Shown in pieces: positions 14,282-27,747 of a stretch of DNA of 64,000 bases (within the stretch, counting starts at the first letter, position 1; each line of letters opens with the position of its first letter). A program made the position numbers and the translations under genes. The notes under the pieces are model-generated. The model had not been told where the DNA came from. It saw only the letters and a list, made by a program, of their open reading frames with translations, and made no database searches. Source of the stretch: Octopus vulgaris (lineage: Eukaryota). The DNA lies in contig OX597838.1 of assembly GCA_951406725.2 (NCBI GenBank), positions 26,846,001 to 26,910,000 on the forward strand, in the 5' to 3' direction.

Positions 14282-14715
14282 TATACCTATATAAAAATAG
14301 GCAGAAAGTAAGCAGACATACCTAGATGAAACTAGGTAGACATACCTATATAAAAATAATCAGGAATACTTATATAAACATAGGCAGAAGTATATATATG
14401 GAAATATGTAGACACACCCAGATGAATCTAGGTAGATATACCTACATATGTATATGAAAATAGGCAAGAATACCTATATAACAATAGGCAGAGGTACTTA
14501 TAAGAAAATAAGCAGACATACCTAGATGAAACTAGGTAGACATACCAATATAAAAATAATCAGGAATACCTATATAAATATTGGTAGAAGTATTTATATG
14601 GAAATAAGTAGACACACCTAGATGAATCTAGGTAGATATACCTAGATATATACATATGAAAATAGGCAGGAATACCTATATAACAATAGGCGGGAATACC
14701 TATATGAAAATATGC
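14282..14715. repeat. Degenerate ATACCTA-based minisatellite with a ~200-bp higher-order duplication
   Basis: AAGCAGACATACCTAGATGAAACTAGGTAGACATACC at ~14310 and ~14510. Confidence 0.8.
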
Positions 14716-15199
14716 AGACAAGGAAATTGCAATGAACTGCAAATGGAGGAGTGTTGCACTTGGATCTTTCACAGCTAGAATCAAACATCAAAAGCTGGTT
14801 TTTGGCAAAAAAAAAAAAAATCATTATCTTAATCCTTTAATTCAATATGATTTACAATAAAGATGATGTAACAATGTTGCTTACGATGATGATGATAATG
14901 ATAATGATCCAGCTGATGATTATATAGCAATGATGATTATATAGCAATGGAGATGATGGTGGAGGTATAACAACATTGATGATGATGGTTTGACAACGAT
15001 GATGATAATGATGGCATGACAACGATGACGGTGATGACATAATGATGATGATAAAGGCATAATAATGATGACGATGACATAATTTTACCATCACCATCAT
15101 CCACATTATTATCACAACATTTCATGTTGATGACAAAAAGCCAAGAATGGTTCAGGATGACAGTTATGATTATGCCATTGAAAATGATGACAACACTAA

Positions 15200-15276
15200 C
15201 GATGATGATGATGATGATGATGGTGAGGATAATGATGATGGTGATGATGATGATGGTGAGGATGATGATGATGGTG

Positions 15277-15315
<39 letters not shown>

Positions 15316-15372
15316 GTGAGGATGATGATGATGGTGGTGAGGATAATGATGATGATGGTGGTGAGGATAATG

Positions 15373-15404
<32 letters not shown>

Positions 15405-15608
15405 GGTGGTGAGGATAATGATGATGAGGATAATGATGATGATGATGATGGTGAGGATAATGATGATGATGATGATGATGATGATGATGGTGAGGATGAT
15501 GATGATGATGATGATGTGAGGATAATGATGATGATGGTGATGATGATGATGATGATGGTGAGGATAATGATGATGATGATGGTGATGATGATGATGATGG
15601 TGAGGATA

Positions 15609-15653
<45 letters not shown>

Positions 15654-15780
15654 GTGATGATAATGATGATGATGATGATGGTGAGGATAATGATGATGAG
15701 GATAATGATGATGATGATGATGATGAGGATAATGATGATGATGATGGTGATGATGATGATGATGGTGAGGATAATGATAG
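15200..15780. repeat. (GAT)n microsatellite with GGT/GAG/AAT interruptions
   Basis: Direct inspection; gives poly-D/M/H/I/S pseudo-ORFs. Confidence 0.95.
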
Positions 15781-16059
15781 TGACAGCAGAGTTTAATTGA
15801 CTGAAGCGAGCAATGTGACAGGAGGCATGTGGCACAATACGCCCTGCATCGGAGCTTGTATTTGGTGACCTTTTTTTTTTTTTTTCTGATGAATAGACTC
15901 AATGCTCATAAGATTCATTCATGGAATTTAGAATCATGCGCCCCCCCCCCCAGTACCAGGGACAACTCTGCAACCAGTCCCAGGAAAAGAAAGTGAGGCA
16001 ACGTGAGAGAGAGAAAGAGAGAGAGAGAGAGAGAATCCAACAACAAAGAGAACAAATGT

Positions 16060-16620
16060 AAAAATCAAAATATAAAATAAAAGTAAAATAAACTAAAAAT
16101 CAAAATATAAAATAAACTAAAATGTCTAATAAATAAAATATAAAATATGATATTATATAAGAGATAGGATAAAACAAAAAAAAATTTTTTAAATTTATAT
16201 GATTAAAATATAACATGGAAATAATAAACACAAATATATGAAATATAAAATGAATAAAATAAAATAAAAATAAAGTAAATAATTAATGAAATATGAACTA
16301 TGAAATACGATATAAATAAAATTAAAATGAAGAAATAAAATGACTAAAATAATAAATATATAAAATAAAATAAATAAAAATAAAATAAAATTACTAAAAT
16401 AATAAATATATAAAATAAAATAAATAAAATGACTAAAACAATAAATATATAAAATAAAATAAATAAAATGACTATAATAATAAATATATAAAATAAAATA
16501 AATAAAATGACTAAAATAATAAATATATAAAATAAAATAAATCACATGACTAAAATATGTGTACACAGTAAAAAAAATAAAATGTAAAAAAAAATAAAAT
16601 AAAATAAAATAAAAATAAAA
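16060..16620. repeat. A/T-rich (AAAAT) low-complexity region with a ~39-bp degenerate unit
   Basis: AAATGACTAAAATAATAAATATATAAAATAAAATAAATA repeated. Confidence 0.85.
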
Positions 16621-17009
16621 CCAAAACTGTAGCTTGACTTAATCAACCAAACAAAGACAATTGCAACGGTATTTTCTTTATGAGTGACTGCAATAATTAT
16701 AATTCCAAAAGATGCATTTATTAAAAACAGAGAAGCTTTTCAATCGTAAGATGTTAACAAAGTGCACGAGCTCGCACGAGTTCGGTGCACGAGTTCGAAA
16801 GAGTTCGGTGCATGTGTACACGTGAAGTGTGCAATGTGTAACGATCATGTCTCCGAAGTGCAACGGAGTAAAAATACTGATTAACAGCATTAGTTTTCCA
16901 CATGACTAATGTTGTCTGTTGGGGGACTTTTGGTGGCATTTTTTTTTCAGTATTCCTCTGGGTGCAACAGCACTGCAGTGGTATAATATACTAGTGCAGG
17001 GGGGGTCCT

Positions 17010-17396
17010 CTTTTAATTGTTTCAGTCATTTGACTGCGGCCATGCTGGAGCATCGCCTCTAGTCGAGCAAATCGACCCCAGGACTTTTTCTTTGTAAGCC
17101 TAGTACTTATTCTATCAGTTTCTTTTGCCGAACCGCCAAGTTACGGGGATGTAAACACAGCAGCATCGGTTGTCAAGTGATGTTGGGGGGACAAACACAG
17201 ACGCACATACATACATATATATATACATATATACAATGGGCTTCTTTCAGTTTCCGTCTACCAAAACCACTCACAAGACTTTGGTCAACCCGAGGCTACA
17301 GTAGAAAACACTTGCCCAAGGTGCCACATAGTGGGACTGAACACGGAACCATGTGGTTCGTAAGCAAGCTACTTACCACACAGCCATTCCTACACC
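17010..17396 (-). mobile_element. SINE family A, full length
   Basis: Complete reverse complement of the 594-990 organisation. Confidence 0.9.
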
Positions 17397-18393
17397 GGGG
17401 AACTTTTTTAACCAATTATCCCAAAATATATTTATTTACACCAACATTACCTGATTGATTTGAAAGGGAGAAGAAAATCAGATTCCTTGAATTCAAAAGG
17501 TTTATTAAAAGGAACCCTTTTTTTATATATAATTTTACTTATATCTAATGTGTTCTCATTACTCTGAAGAATTTCATTTTTACTCCACTTTGGGTAATTT
17601 ACCCAAGTTCACCAATCCTTGTACTAGCGTATACAGCAATGATGATATTACTGACATCATTTGAAGAAAGTGAAAGTGGATGTAGGAAATAGTTAGGCAT
17701 TTGGGAGGGGTTTGGTGGGGGTAGTTTTGAAGTATCTAAAATGATATTTTAATAAAAATGTTTTTAAAAATTCAAAGAATAAAAAAAAAAATATTTTAAT
17801 TATTTTAGTTGAGTTAATATATTTTAATTGAAGCTACTCCAGAAAAAATTGTTCCAGATTTAGAAAAGTTGAAGTAGTTTCCTCTATCTACTGACATACA
17901 GAATCGATTGATTGATGGATCGATTAATCAATCCATCAATCAATCCATCCATCCATTGTGCATGCATGCATGTAAGAGGGATGGTTGATGAATCCTTTAG
18001 TTCTGTTTTTGTCAGAGGGGAAAGAGCAACACTCTCATTCACTATTTTTCAGATCCTCCAAGACTGGTGAAAGAGAGGCATCCTCGACATTTGCAACTAA
18101 GTGAATTATGTTAAAGACACCCAATGACCAGATGGTGACATGAAACCAAGCAATAGATTAAGTCTACCATCTAAGCATCTGGAACACAAAAACTCGATGG
18201 ATCAAATACCACAAGGCATCTCATCCAATGCTCTAAATTTTCTCCCAATCAAGTCCCACCCTTAAACTGGTACTTTGTTTTATTAATCTTCAAATAACAA
18301 AAGGCAAAGTTGAACTACTAAGAATTAGTAGCCTATTTTCTTTCATTTCATAGCCTACTACCTTTAATAATAATAATAATGATAATAATAATG

Positions 18394-18425
<32 letters not shown>

Positions 18426-19356
18426 CAACAAACATACACAAGATAATGTATTCCAAGTTATACTATGTCTGAAGAAAAAAAGCATACAATGATCACAGCT
18501 GGAATGTTTTTGGTCATAAATCTGCTCAATCAGGGAAGACTGAAGCTGATCACCATTATTATCACCACCACTACGACAACAACAATAGCAGCAGCAGCTC
18601 AGCAGCTTATATAGCAAGCATCTACCCTTAAGCTGTAGTTTTCAATAAAGGGGAGTTTAGCAGATGAAGTAACATCTGGAGAGGACGCCAGATAATATTA
18701 CCAGATGACTAGATACTTGTTCCTGTAGGAAGTACAAGAAAACTAATGCCAGCACTATAAATACATTCACATGAGGGTTAGCCTTTTTCTTTTTTGTACA
18801 TTTTTTTTTTTTTTTATAATTTGTTTTGGACATAATGTTAGGATCAAGGGCTTATTGGAGCATTACCGTCAATTTAATAACTAGTTTAGAAAGCTGTATA
18901 TGGGTTGGCAATATATGCTGTATTGATTTTGTCTGCACATGCACAAACAGATGCACATGCATATATGTATGTACACACCTACACACAGACATGCATATAC
19001 ATACACATACATACAAATGTATACATACACATATATACATACATATATACACATACATATACACACATACATATACATACATACAAATATATACATACAT
19101 ATACACACATACATATACATACATACAAATATATACATACATATATACACATACATACAAACAAATATCTACATACACATAAATGATGATGATATATACA
19201 TACACATCTACATGCATACACCCACTGACATGCTGATACGTGTAGAGAAAATGAAACGCAAATGCATTCATGTTTTCAATTTCATACATGAAAGACAAGC
19301 TATTCCCAACTGCTTTACACATACATACATACACGTGTGTGCACATGCATGTGTAT

Positions 19357-19401
<45 letters not shown>

Positions 19402-19964
19402 TATACACACATACAAAAACATGTCATTTTTTTATAAATACACACACACTCACACATGCAAGCATGCACATACACATATACAGATGTATGCGCACACACA
19501 CACAGACACACAACTCTGCTACAAAATCCAACTGATTCCATTTCGATATGCAAAACCAAAATCTTTACTAAAAGCTTCAAATTCTTCAGCTACCAAGAAA
19601 TAATCTATACGTCTACTGGATGCTTTCCAGTCTGGCTGGCTGTAAAGATGTTAACAACAACAACAGCAGCAGCAACAATAACAACAACAACAAAAATAAT
19701 AATTGTTATAATACTGCTTCTGATTCAGGCACAAGGCCAACAATTTGGAGGAAAATAACTCAGTGGATTCCATCGATTCCAGTAGTCTAGATTGGCATTT
19801 CATTTATTACCCCTGAGGAATGAAAGTCAAAGTTGAGTTTAGCGTGATCTGAACTCAATTTGACCTTGATAGTAACAAAGAAAATGGTTTTTTCAGAGCA
19901 AAAACCAAGAAAAACTGATGTGGAATAAAAATTAGGACTTCTTGTTATAGCTGTTGCTAACTTG

Positions 19965-20915
19965 TTGATACCATTATTGCTATCTTGTCATCTTCATTGC
20001 TATCTTCTTGTTGCTGCTATTTTGTTGTCCCTGTTGCTATTTTTCCGGCGTTGTTGTTGCTATCTCGCCATCGTCATCACTATCTTGTCATCATCATTGC
20101 TATCTTCTTGTTGTTGCTATTTTGTTGTCACTGTTGCTATTTTTCTGTTGTTGCTATCTCGCCATCGTCATCACTATCTCGTTATCATCATTGTCTCTAT
20201 CTTGTCATTGTCACCCTATCTTTTCATTATCTCATTGTTGGTAGCTCATCATCTTCATTGCTATCTTGTTGCCATTGTTGCTATCTTGTTGTCATTGTCA
20301 ATATCTTACCATTATCAGTTGCTATCTTGTCATTGTTGCTATTTTGCTGTCATCGTTGCTAATTTGTACCATCACTAGCTTGTCATCATCATCACTATCT
20401 CGTCATCACTGTCGTTATTTCATCATCGTCACTACCTCGTCGTCGTTGTTGCTATCTTGTCATCATCATCACTATCTTGTCGTCATCAGTTATTTTGTTG
20501 TTATCCTGGCTGTCTTGTTATTGCTATCACTCTTGTTGCTATTTTGTTATCATTGGTATATTTTTATTGCTTTCCACTTGTTGTTGCTATCTAGTTGAAG
20601 TGAACACTAGTGCAATGCATCAAAGTCATGTAACCAGGAGGTAAGTCAGAGAGAGAGAGAGAAGAGAGAGAAAGAAGAGGGAGAAAGAGAGAGAGAGAGA
20701 GACGAGGGAGAGAGACGAGGGAGAGAGAGAGAAGAGGGAGAGAGAGAGAAGAGGGAGAGAAAGAGACGAGGGAGAGAAAGAGACGAGGGAGAGAGAGAGA
20801 AGAGGGAGAGAGAGAGAAGAGGGGAGAGAGAGAGAAGAGGAAGAGAGAAGAGGAGGAAGAAAGAGAGAGAAGAGGAGGAAGAGAGAGAATGATTGAGAAA
20901 GAGAGGAGAAGAGAG
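19965..20915. repeat. Degenerate (TTG/TCA) repeat with GCTATCTT units, then a (GA)-rich purine tract
   Basis: 19965-20590 and 20648-20915. Confidence 0.85.
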
Positions 20916-22021
20916 AGATGGAGGTGTCTAAGTCTCAATGAAGGAAGAGGTTCTGCAAAATATCCCATCCACTGATTTCGATGTCTGGTTCAGTTGTTCC
21001 TGAACAGAGAGAACAACGGAACAGCGGAACGCAATGTCTCCTTTGTCTTCCTCTAACCTTTTACTTCCTATCACCACCACTAAGCACTACAGCCAATACA
21101 ATAACAACAACAAACACCACCTCTATAAAACAACCACCCACCACAGCCAATATTACTTATACACACCAGTCACTAATATACTATGAAAACGACTACTACA
21201 ACTACCACCACCGATTACTAATACTACCAATAATACTATAACCACCACAACCATTACTACTACTACTACTACTACAAGAGATGACCACCACCACTGTCAC
21301 TAATATACTATGAAAATGACTACTACAACTACCACCACCAATACTAATATTACCAATAATACTATAACCACCACAACCATTACTACTACTACTACTACTA
21401 CTACAAGAGATGACCACCACCACAAAAATTATTTTTTCTACCACCACCACCACTGCCAATACTAACACTATCTCCATCACCATCAGTTTCAATACTAATA
21501 CCACTTCCAAGTACTGCCAGAAACACTGCTGTTACTACTACTACTACTACTATAACCATTCTCCAATTGCTACCACTGTTAACACTGTAACCACTTGCCA
21601 ATCTTTACTACACCTACTACTACTGCCGCCACCACTACCAGTTTGCAATACCACTGACGTCAGATATTGCCAAAAATATTCTCCCCCCATCCCTGCAACT
21701 ATAAACATTTGCCCTCCCTCAACCATTGCAGCAATCACCACCAGCAGCAGCACCACCACCACCACAGCCGTGACTGGTTCCAAATAGCAGCCAAATCTGC
21801 TCTTACCTTTTGATATCACCCCAACCAAGACTGACCTTGGTTTTACGATACAAACTTCCTGCTTTAAAGTGATCTAAATTAAAGCCCTTCATTAAAATTT
21901 CATGTTAATTTGTCTCAAACAGCAGCTTAATAATGACAAAGTCATTTTACCAAATTCTTCATTATTTTCCAAAAAATAATTCAAAGAAAGGCAACAGAAA
22001 TACGGTAACAATGGGATTAAA

Positions 22022-22667
22022 CAGTGGTTCTCAATCAGATTTCATCATCATCATCGTTTAATGTCCGCTTTCCATGCTGGCATGGGTTGGATAGTTTGAC
22101 TGACGACTAGCAAGCCATAAGGCTGCACCAGGCTCCAATCTGATCTGGCAAAGTTTTTACAGTTGGATACCCTTCCTAATGCCAACCATTCCGAGTGTGT
22201 AGTGGGTGCTTTTATGTGCCACCGGCATGAGGGCCAGTCAGGCAGTACTGGCAATGGCAATGACCACACTCAAAAGGTGTTATTTATGTGCCACCTGCAC
22301 AGGAGCCAGTCTGGTGGCACTGGCAACGACCACACTCAAATGTTGTTTTTCACGTGCCCATATAAGATTTTTTGGGGGGTCTACACAACAAAATAGTAAA
22401 TTGGAGATCTACAATATTTTAAGGGTCCTTGAAAAATTTTGCCTCAGATGAATGTATTGGTATTTATTGCAAGAAACAGTTAGGTTTCTTTCTCTAACAT
22501 TTTACATAGTTCAAACTACACAAGTTAATGCATGGGAAACAAAATAGGAATTTTTAAAGGAACTTCAATAAAACTAGTTTTTGAACGTCAAATAGCTATG
22601 GGGGCCCATCAGAATAAAATGGTAATCAAAGGGGTTCATAAGTAAAAAAAATGGTTGAGAACCCCTG
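22022..22667. mobile_element. hAT-like MITE (inverted paralog of 3688-4795) with a family E insertion (22043-22360)
   Basis: CAGTGGTTCTCAA / TTGAGAACCCCTG; GATTAAA at both flanks. Confidence 0.8.
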
Positions 22668-22800
22668 GATTAAAACAAATTAAGTACCAGTTATGTACTG
22701 AGGTTGATCTAATCAACTGCCCCCCCCCCCCAAAAAAAAATTTCAGGTGTTGTGCCTATAGTAGAAAGGATTATTATCATCATCATTATTATTATTCTTA

Positions 22801-23012
22801 AGGCGGCAAAGTGACAGAATCATTAACATGTGAGGCAAAATACTTAGCAGTATTTCATTTGTCTTTACGTCCTGAGTTCAAATTCTGCCAAGGTGGACTT
22901 TGCCTTTCATCCTTTTGGGATTGATAAATTAAGCACCAGTTGAACACTGGGGTCGATTTAATTCACTTACCCCTTCCCCCAAACCTGCTGGCTTCGTACC
23001 AAAATTTGAAAC
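22801..23012 (+). mobile_element. SINE family B, full length, alternative tail
   Basis: AGGCGGC head, GAGTTCAAATTC B box, Meta-like block, CCAAAATTTGAAA + (ATT)n. Confidence 0.85.
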
Positions 23013-23028
23013 CATTATTATTATTATA

Positions 23029-23382
23029 GAGAGGGAAGTGCTGTCCAATAGCAAGTTTGCTGAAAGGTGGATAAATGTCGCAAGAATGGCCAGTATGAAA
23101 GGAGCCATTCTGAGGTTGTACCTGTGATTTAAAAAGGTAATATAAAAGGAGAAAGGGGCTCTCTACCCCACTTTTGACCAGGCTCCCATTGGCTTTTATG
23201 GGTTTTTTTCCACCAGGAACCTTTCATAACGTCTCCCCCTATTGAGAGTCTTTCGTTGTTAAACTGCATTTTTTTACTCGATTTTTTTCACAAACGGCCA
23301 AAACCCTTTGTAACCTTTCGTCCTCTGTTGTCCCTTTATGTAATAATTGATTTTTGTCAGCCCTTGTGGCCAATAAAAGAAT
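23029..23382 (+). mobile_element. Tx1/L1-like LINE 3' end (paralog of 31630-32007)
   Basis: EREVLSNSKFAERWINVARMASMKGAILRLYL*, then 3' UTR ending CCCTTGTGGCCAATAAAAGAA; (ATT)n on both sides. Confidence 0.75.
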
Positions 23383-23653
23383 TAATTATTATTATTATTA
23401 TTTTATAGGATTGAGCCAACTCCTCCAATAAGTATACAGAAGCAAAAAAAAAAAAAAAAGAAGAGTTCACTTGATAACAATGGCACTCTTATTTCTTTTG
23501 CTGCTGCTACTATCATTATTATTATTATTATTATTATTTGCCATAAGGACACCAGATGAGGAACGTTACTAAGAAAGATGTATATAAAAAAATTGGTGTG
23601 TGGTGTAATAGATTGTGTGCAGAAGGAATAATGCCAAAATATTTGTATAAATT

Positions 23654-23701
<48 letters not shown>

Positions 23702-24477
23702 ACAGAGGGTATCGAGTGTTGTCTGCCTGGAACAGAGGGAGTGAAATTAGGCAGAGTGGGGATGCAATAGGTGTGTAGAAGGGCCAACACTGCTCCCAAT
23801 TATTCTTCCCAGCACTCCACCACTAGCACCACCACCAGAATTACAAAGTGAATCTTGGGGAGAGTGTGCAAGGATCAGCGGAGAACAGGGGTGACTAGAA
23901 GCAAGGTGTGGAAATAGGGGGGAAAATCTCATGAATAACATGGAAGGCCTAAATAGCAACAAGAAAAATACTAACAACAATGATAATAATAATAACAATA
24001 ATGATGATGATAATAATAATAATAGGAGGAATGTGATATTATGTGAACGGTACCAGTTTATTGACATATCCAGTGGAGTGAGGTGGAGATGGTGCCAATG
24101 TCTACAAGAATTACTGGAAAAAAAATAAAAAGAAAACAGGGTGGGAGAGGGGAGGAGGGAGAAACAAAGGGAGGAGAGAAGAATTAAGTAAAAAAAAGAG
24201 GAAAATATAAAAAAAAAGAATAAGAAGAAAAAATAATAGAAAAAGTATAAAAACAGCCAAACAGGAAAAATAAGAATGGAATAAAAAAAAAGAATGAAAT
24301 TGAATGAAATAGGAGAAATGAAAAGAAGACGATGGAAAGAAAGAAGAAAAAAGAACAAAAAGATTTTAAAGAAAATATGAATAAATTTAAAAGAAAAAAG
24401 GAAAAGCAACAAAATTGAAAACTAAAAGATAAAGTAGACAAAAAGAAGAACAACAATGCAAGTCAAAATTAAACAGC

Positions 24478-24745
24478 CCTTACCAAATAAAGGCACTAGA
24501 GATCCTTATCTAAGACAGCACATATCCTTGCCTAGTAAAAAGGCACTAGAGATTCTTACCTAATGTAAAGAAATCACAGATCCTTACCTAAAACAAACAT
24601 CAGAGAGTCTTACCTAATAAAGATATCCCAGTCCCTCACCTAAAGACAGCATCACTTAAGATAAAGACACTACAAATCCTTACCTAATAAACACACCACA
24701 AGCTTTCACCTAATATAAGACAGCACAGATCCTTACCTCATAAAA
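24478..24745. repeat. Degenerate ~22-28-bp minisatellite (GATCCTTACCTAA core)
   Basis: About 10 recurrences of CCTTACCT-like cores. Confidence 0.7.
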
Positions 24746-24784
24746 ACATCAAGGATAGACAAACATCACTATATACTTGCTTAG

Positions 24785-24881
24785 AATTTTACCTGAAGAT
24801 AGTGGATTCTATGTATTATATGTTATGACGTAATCTATGAATACATAAATAAAATTCTACCGAAACAGCTGTCATGAATTT
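24785..24881 (+). ncRNA. Decayed Penelope-type (type I, minimal) hammerhead ribozyme motif
   Basis: CTGAAGA (24793) - T - long helix II (GTGGATT/AATTCTAC; TATGTATT/AATACATA) - GAAAC AGCT GTC (24862-24873); helix I and the helix II closing pair carry mismatches. Confidence 0.6.
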
Positions 24882-25086
24882 AAAACCCCATTTGGGTTTT
24901 CTTTTTTTTTATATAGCTATGCCACACCAAGAACCAGCCCTGAGTCAGATCTACAGCTTAAATTGAATTTGGTACTTACATACCTACAGTATCTCACCAA
25001 CACGATACCTTCATGGTTGTTTTACCTCACAGTGAACCCTATATTATTGTGCCTAGCCATTTCCAGCATACTACATGATGTGCCGG

Positions 25087-25391
25087 TGGAGGCACATGGC
25101 CGAGTGGTTAGAGCAGTGGACTCGCAGTTGAGGGATCGCGGGTTCGGATCTCAGACCGGGCGATGTGTGTGTTTATGAATGAAACACCTAAGCTCCACGC
25201 GGCTCCGGCAGAAGGTAATGGTGAACTTCTACTGACTCTTTCGCCACAACTTTCTCTCACTCTTTCCTCCTGCATCTTGCAGCTCACCTGCAACGGACCG
25301 GCGTCTCGTCCAGGTGGGGAACCTATACGCCAAGGAAACTGGGAAACCGGCCCTAATAAGCCAGGCATGGCTCCAGAAGGAACAAACAACA
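25087..25391 (+). mobile_element. SINE family D (tRNA-Arg-like head, V-domain-like 3' block, (AAC)n tail)
   Basis: TGGCCGAGTGG / GGTTCGGATC boxes; CT-CGC loop region; CCTGCAACGGACCGGCGTCTCGTCCAGG; paralog at 39326-39627. Confidence 0.85.
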
Positions 25392-25433
25392 ATATGATGT
25401 ACCTAGACTCTAATGAAACTTACAACTAATACC

Positions 25434-25666
25434 AAGGCGGTGAGCTGGCAGAAGTGTTAGCACGCTGGGCGAAATGCTTAGCGGTATTTCACCTGTCTTC
25501 ACGTTCTGAGTTCAAATTCCACCGAGGTTGAATTTGCCTTTCATCCTTTCAGGGTCGATATATTAAGTACCAGTTATACACTGGGGTCGATGTAATCGAC
25601 TTAATCCCTTTGTTTATCCTTCTTTGTCCCCTCTATGTTTAGCCCCCTGTGAGCAATAAAGAAATA
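25434..25666 (+). mobile_element. SINE family B, full-length monomer with Tx1-like tail
   Basis: GGCGGTGAGCTGGCAG head to AATAAAGAAATA; GAAACTTACAACTAATA repeated at both flanks (TSD). Confidence 0.92.
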
Positions 25667-25697
25667 AGAAACTTACAACTAATAAACTATGATGATG

Positions 25698-25740
<43 letters not shown>

Positions 25741-26239
25741 AATAACAGTTTGATTTGGTGCCATGCCATTCAAACAGACCTATCTCATCAGGATTAGGCA
25801 ACTGAATGAAGAAATGGAGGAAACTGATGGTGGCTACTGGAGGTTGAGCCACTATTGGTCAAGGCAAATAACAAACTGTTAATAGATAATATATATAACT
25901 CCTGCTAAATGTGGTCGAGTGCCTCCTTCTTTCAATTTCCCACTAATTTCCCACTCACTCGTACATGACATAACAGACATACATTTGAAACTGTCCCAGT
26001 AAATTTAAGAGCACTACAGAATAACATTTATTAAAAGAACACTATTAACTCTCTAAAACAGTTCACAATGGTGGTGGTGGTGGTGGTGATGGTGGTGGGA
26101 GTAGCAATGATGATGTTTACTGTTATTGGTAATGTTATTAGTAGCGATGGTAGTGATGGTGGTGTTGGTAGAGAAGGAGTAGGAACTGGTTCTTAAAAAG
26201 ATTTGGAATTAAGCTTTGCATAAACATGCATCCTCCCTC

Positions 26240-26378
26240 AATATCTATGTATCTATCTATGTCATCCATCTGTTTTCTATCTCTCTATCAGTCTATCTAT
26301 CTATCAGTCTATCTATCTATCTATCAGTCTATCTATCTATCTATCAGTCTATCTATCTATCTATCTGTCTGTCTATCA

Positions 26379-26414
<36 letters not shown>

Positions 26415-26523
26415 GTCTATCTATCAGTCTGTCTATCTATCTATCTGTCTATCTATCAGTCTGTCTATCTATTTATCTATCTGTCTATCTATCTATCTAT
26501 CAGTCTATCTATCTATTTATCTA

Positions 26524-26554
<31 letters not shown>

Positions 26555-26599
26555 GTCTGTCTATCAGTCTGTCTATCTATTTATCTATCTGTCTATCAG

Positions 26600-26630
<31 letters not shown>

Positions 26631-26660
26631 GTCTGTCTATCTATCAGTCTATCTATCTCT
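26240..26660. repeat. (CTAT/CTGT)n tetranucleotide microsatellite
   Basis: Direct inspection. Confidence 0.95.
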
Positions 26661-27151
26661 TTCTTTCTCAGCATGTATGTCTACATATGTATTACGTTTC
26701 AAGTGGACATTCACTATTCTGGTATTTCATAATACCGACAATACCAAAAGGAGCGGGGAGTGTGCATGGTGTGGTGGAGATCTTCATGTTACACATGTCT
26801 TGTCATTCAATCAGATGGCAATAAACCTCACAATAAACAAGAGAGGGGGAAAAAAAAGCCAAAAAAGAAGAGGTGGACTTTCTTTCATCTCCGTCGTTTT
26901 TTCTTTTACCTTAAACATGAGTGGTGCGGAGGGGGAGGGAGGAATTTGTGTGTGTGGGAGCGGAGGTATGCCTCTGTGCATTTGTGTATATGGACGTTTA
27001 TGTAAGTAATTGAATGTGGGTGGGTGTGGGTGTATAAGTGTCCCAGAGAGTATTGTCTATATATGTATGTGTGTGTTTGTGTGTGCATATATAGATGTGT
27101 GTGGGTGTGTAAAGTGCATGTTTATAAATGTATGCATATGTTCATGTGTCT

Positions 27152-27548
27152 TTTATCTTTTACCAGTTTCAGTCATTGGACTGTGGCCATGCTGGGGCAC
27201 TGCCTTGAAGAATTTAGCTGAACAAATCAACCGTTACTTGTATTTTCTTTTTTAGCCACATACTTATTCTGTCTGTCCCTTTTTGCTGAACCACTAAGTT
27301 ACAGGCACACAAACAGGCCAACACTGGTTGTCAAGCAGTGGTGGGGAACCAACACATGGGTGCACACACACACACACACACACAGAATGAGCTTCTTTCA
27401 GTTTTCATCTACCAAATCCACCCACAATGCTTTGGTTGGCCTAGGGCTATAGTAGAAGACACTTGCCTGAGGTGCCACGCAGTGGGACTGAACCCAGAAC
27501 CGTGTGACCGGGAAGCAAGATTCTTACCACACAGCCATACCTTCACCT
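27152..27548 (-). mobile_element. SINE family A, diverged full-length copy
   Basis: Homology to other A copies. Confidence 0.8.
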
Positions 27549-27747
27549 GCTTGCTCACTTAAACAAAATACATCACAGTACATGCATACATGTGCACTTG
27601 TGCACACACATGCAAAGCGCATGCATACATATATGCAATACAAGGAAAAATATTAGTTACACATAAGCAGTAAGGAGGTCAATAATGAAATTCATTGTAA
27701 AGTGTTAAGAGTAAAACACTTGAATCATCATCATCATCATAAACTAT

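Noticed and set aside
14937-15902. Long His/Ile/Asp/Met-rich ORFs (up to 321 aa)
   Set aside because: Translations of a (GAT)n microsatellite, open in several frames on both strands
24478-24745. Repeated minus-strand AGGTAAGG splice-donor-like sites
   Set aside because: Explained by a degenerate minisatellite; no associated exons visible
25087-25160. tRNA genes at SINE heads (also 594, 38950, 42103, 57038)
   Set aside because: Acceptor stems do not close, and each continues into a SINE body without a poly-T terminator
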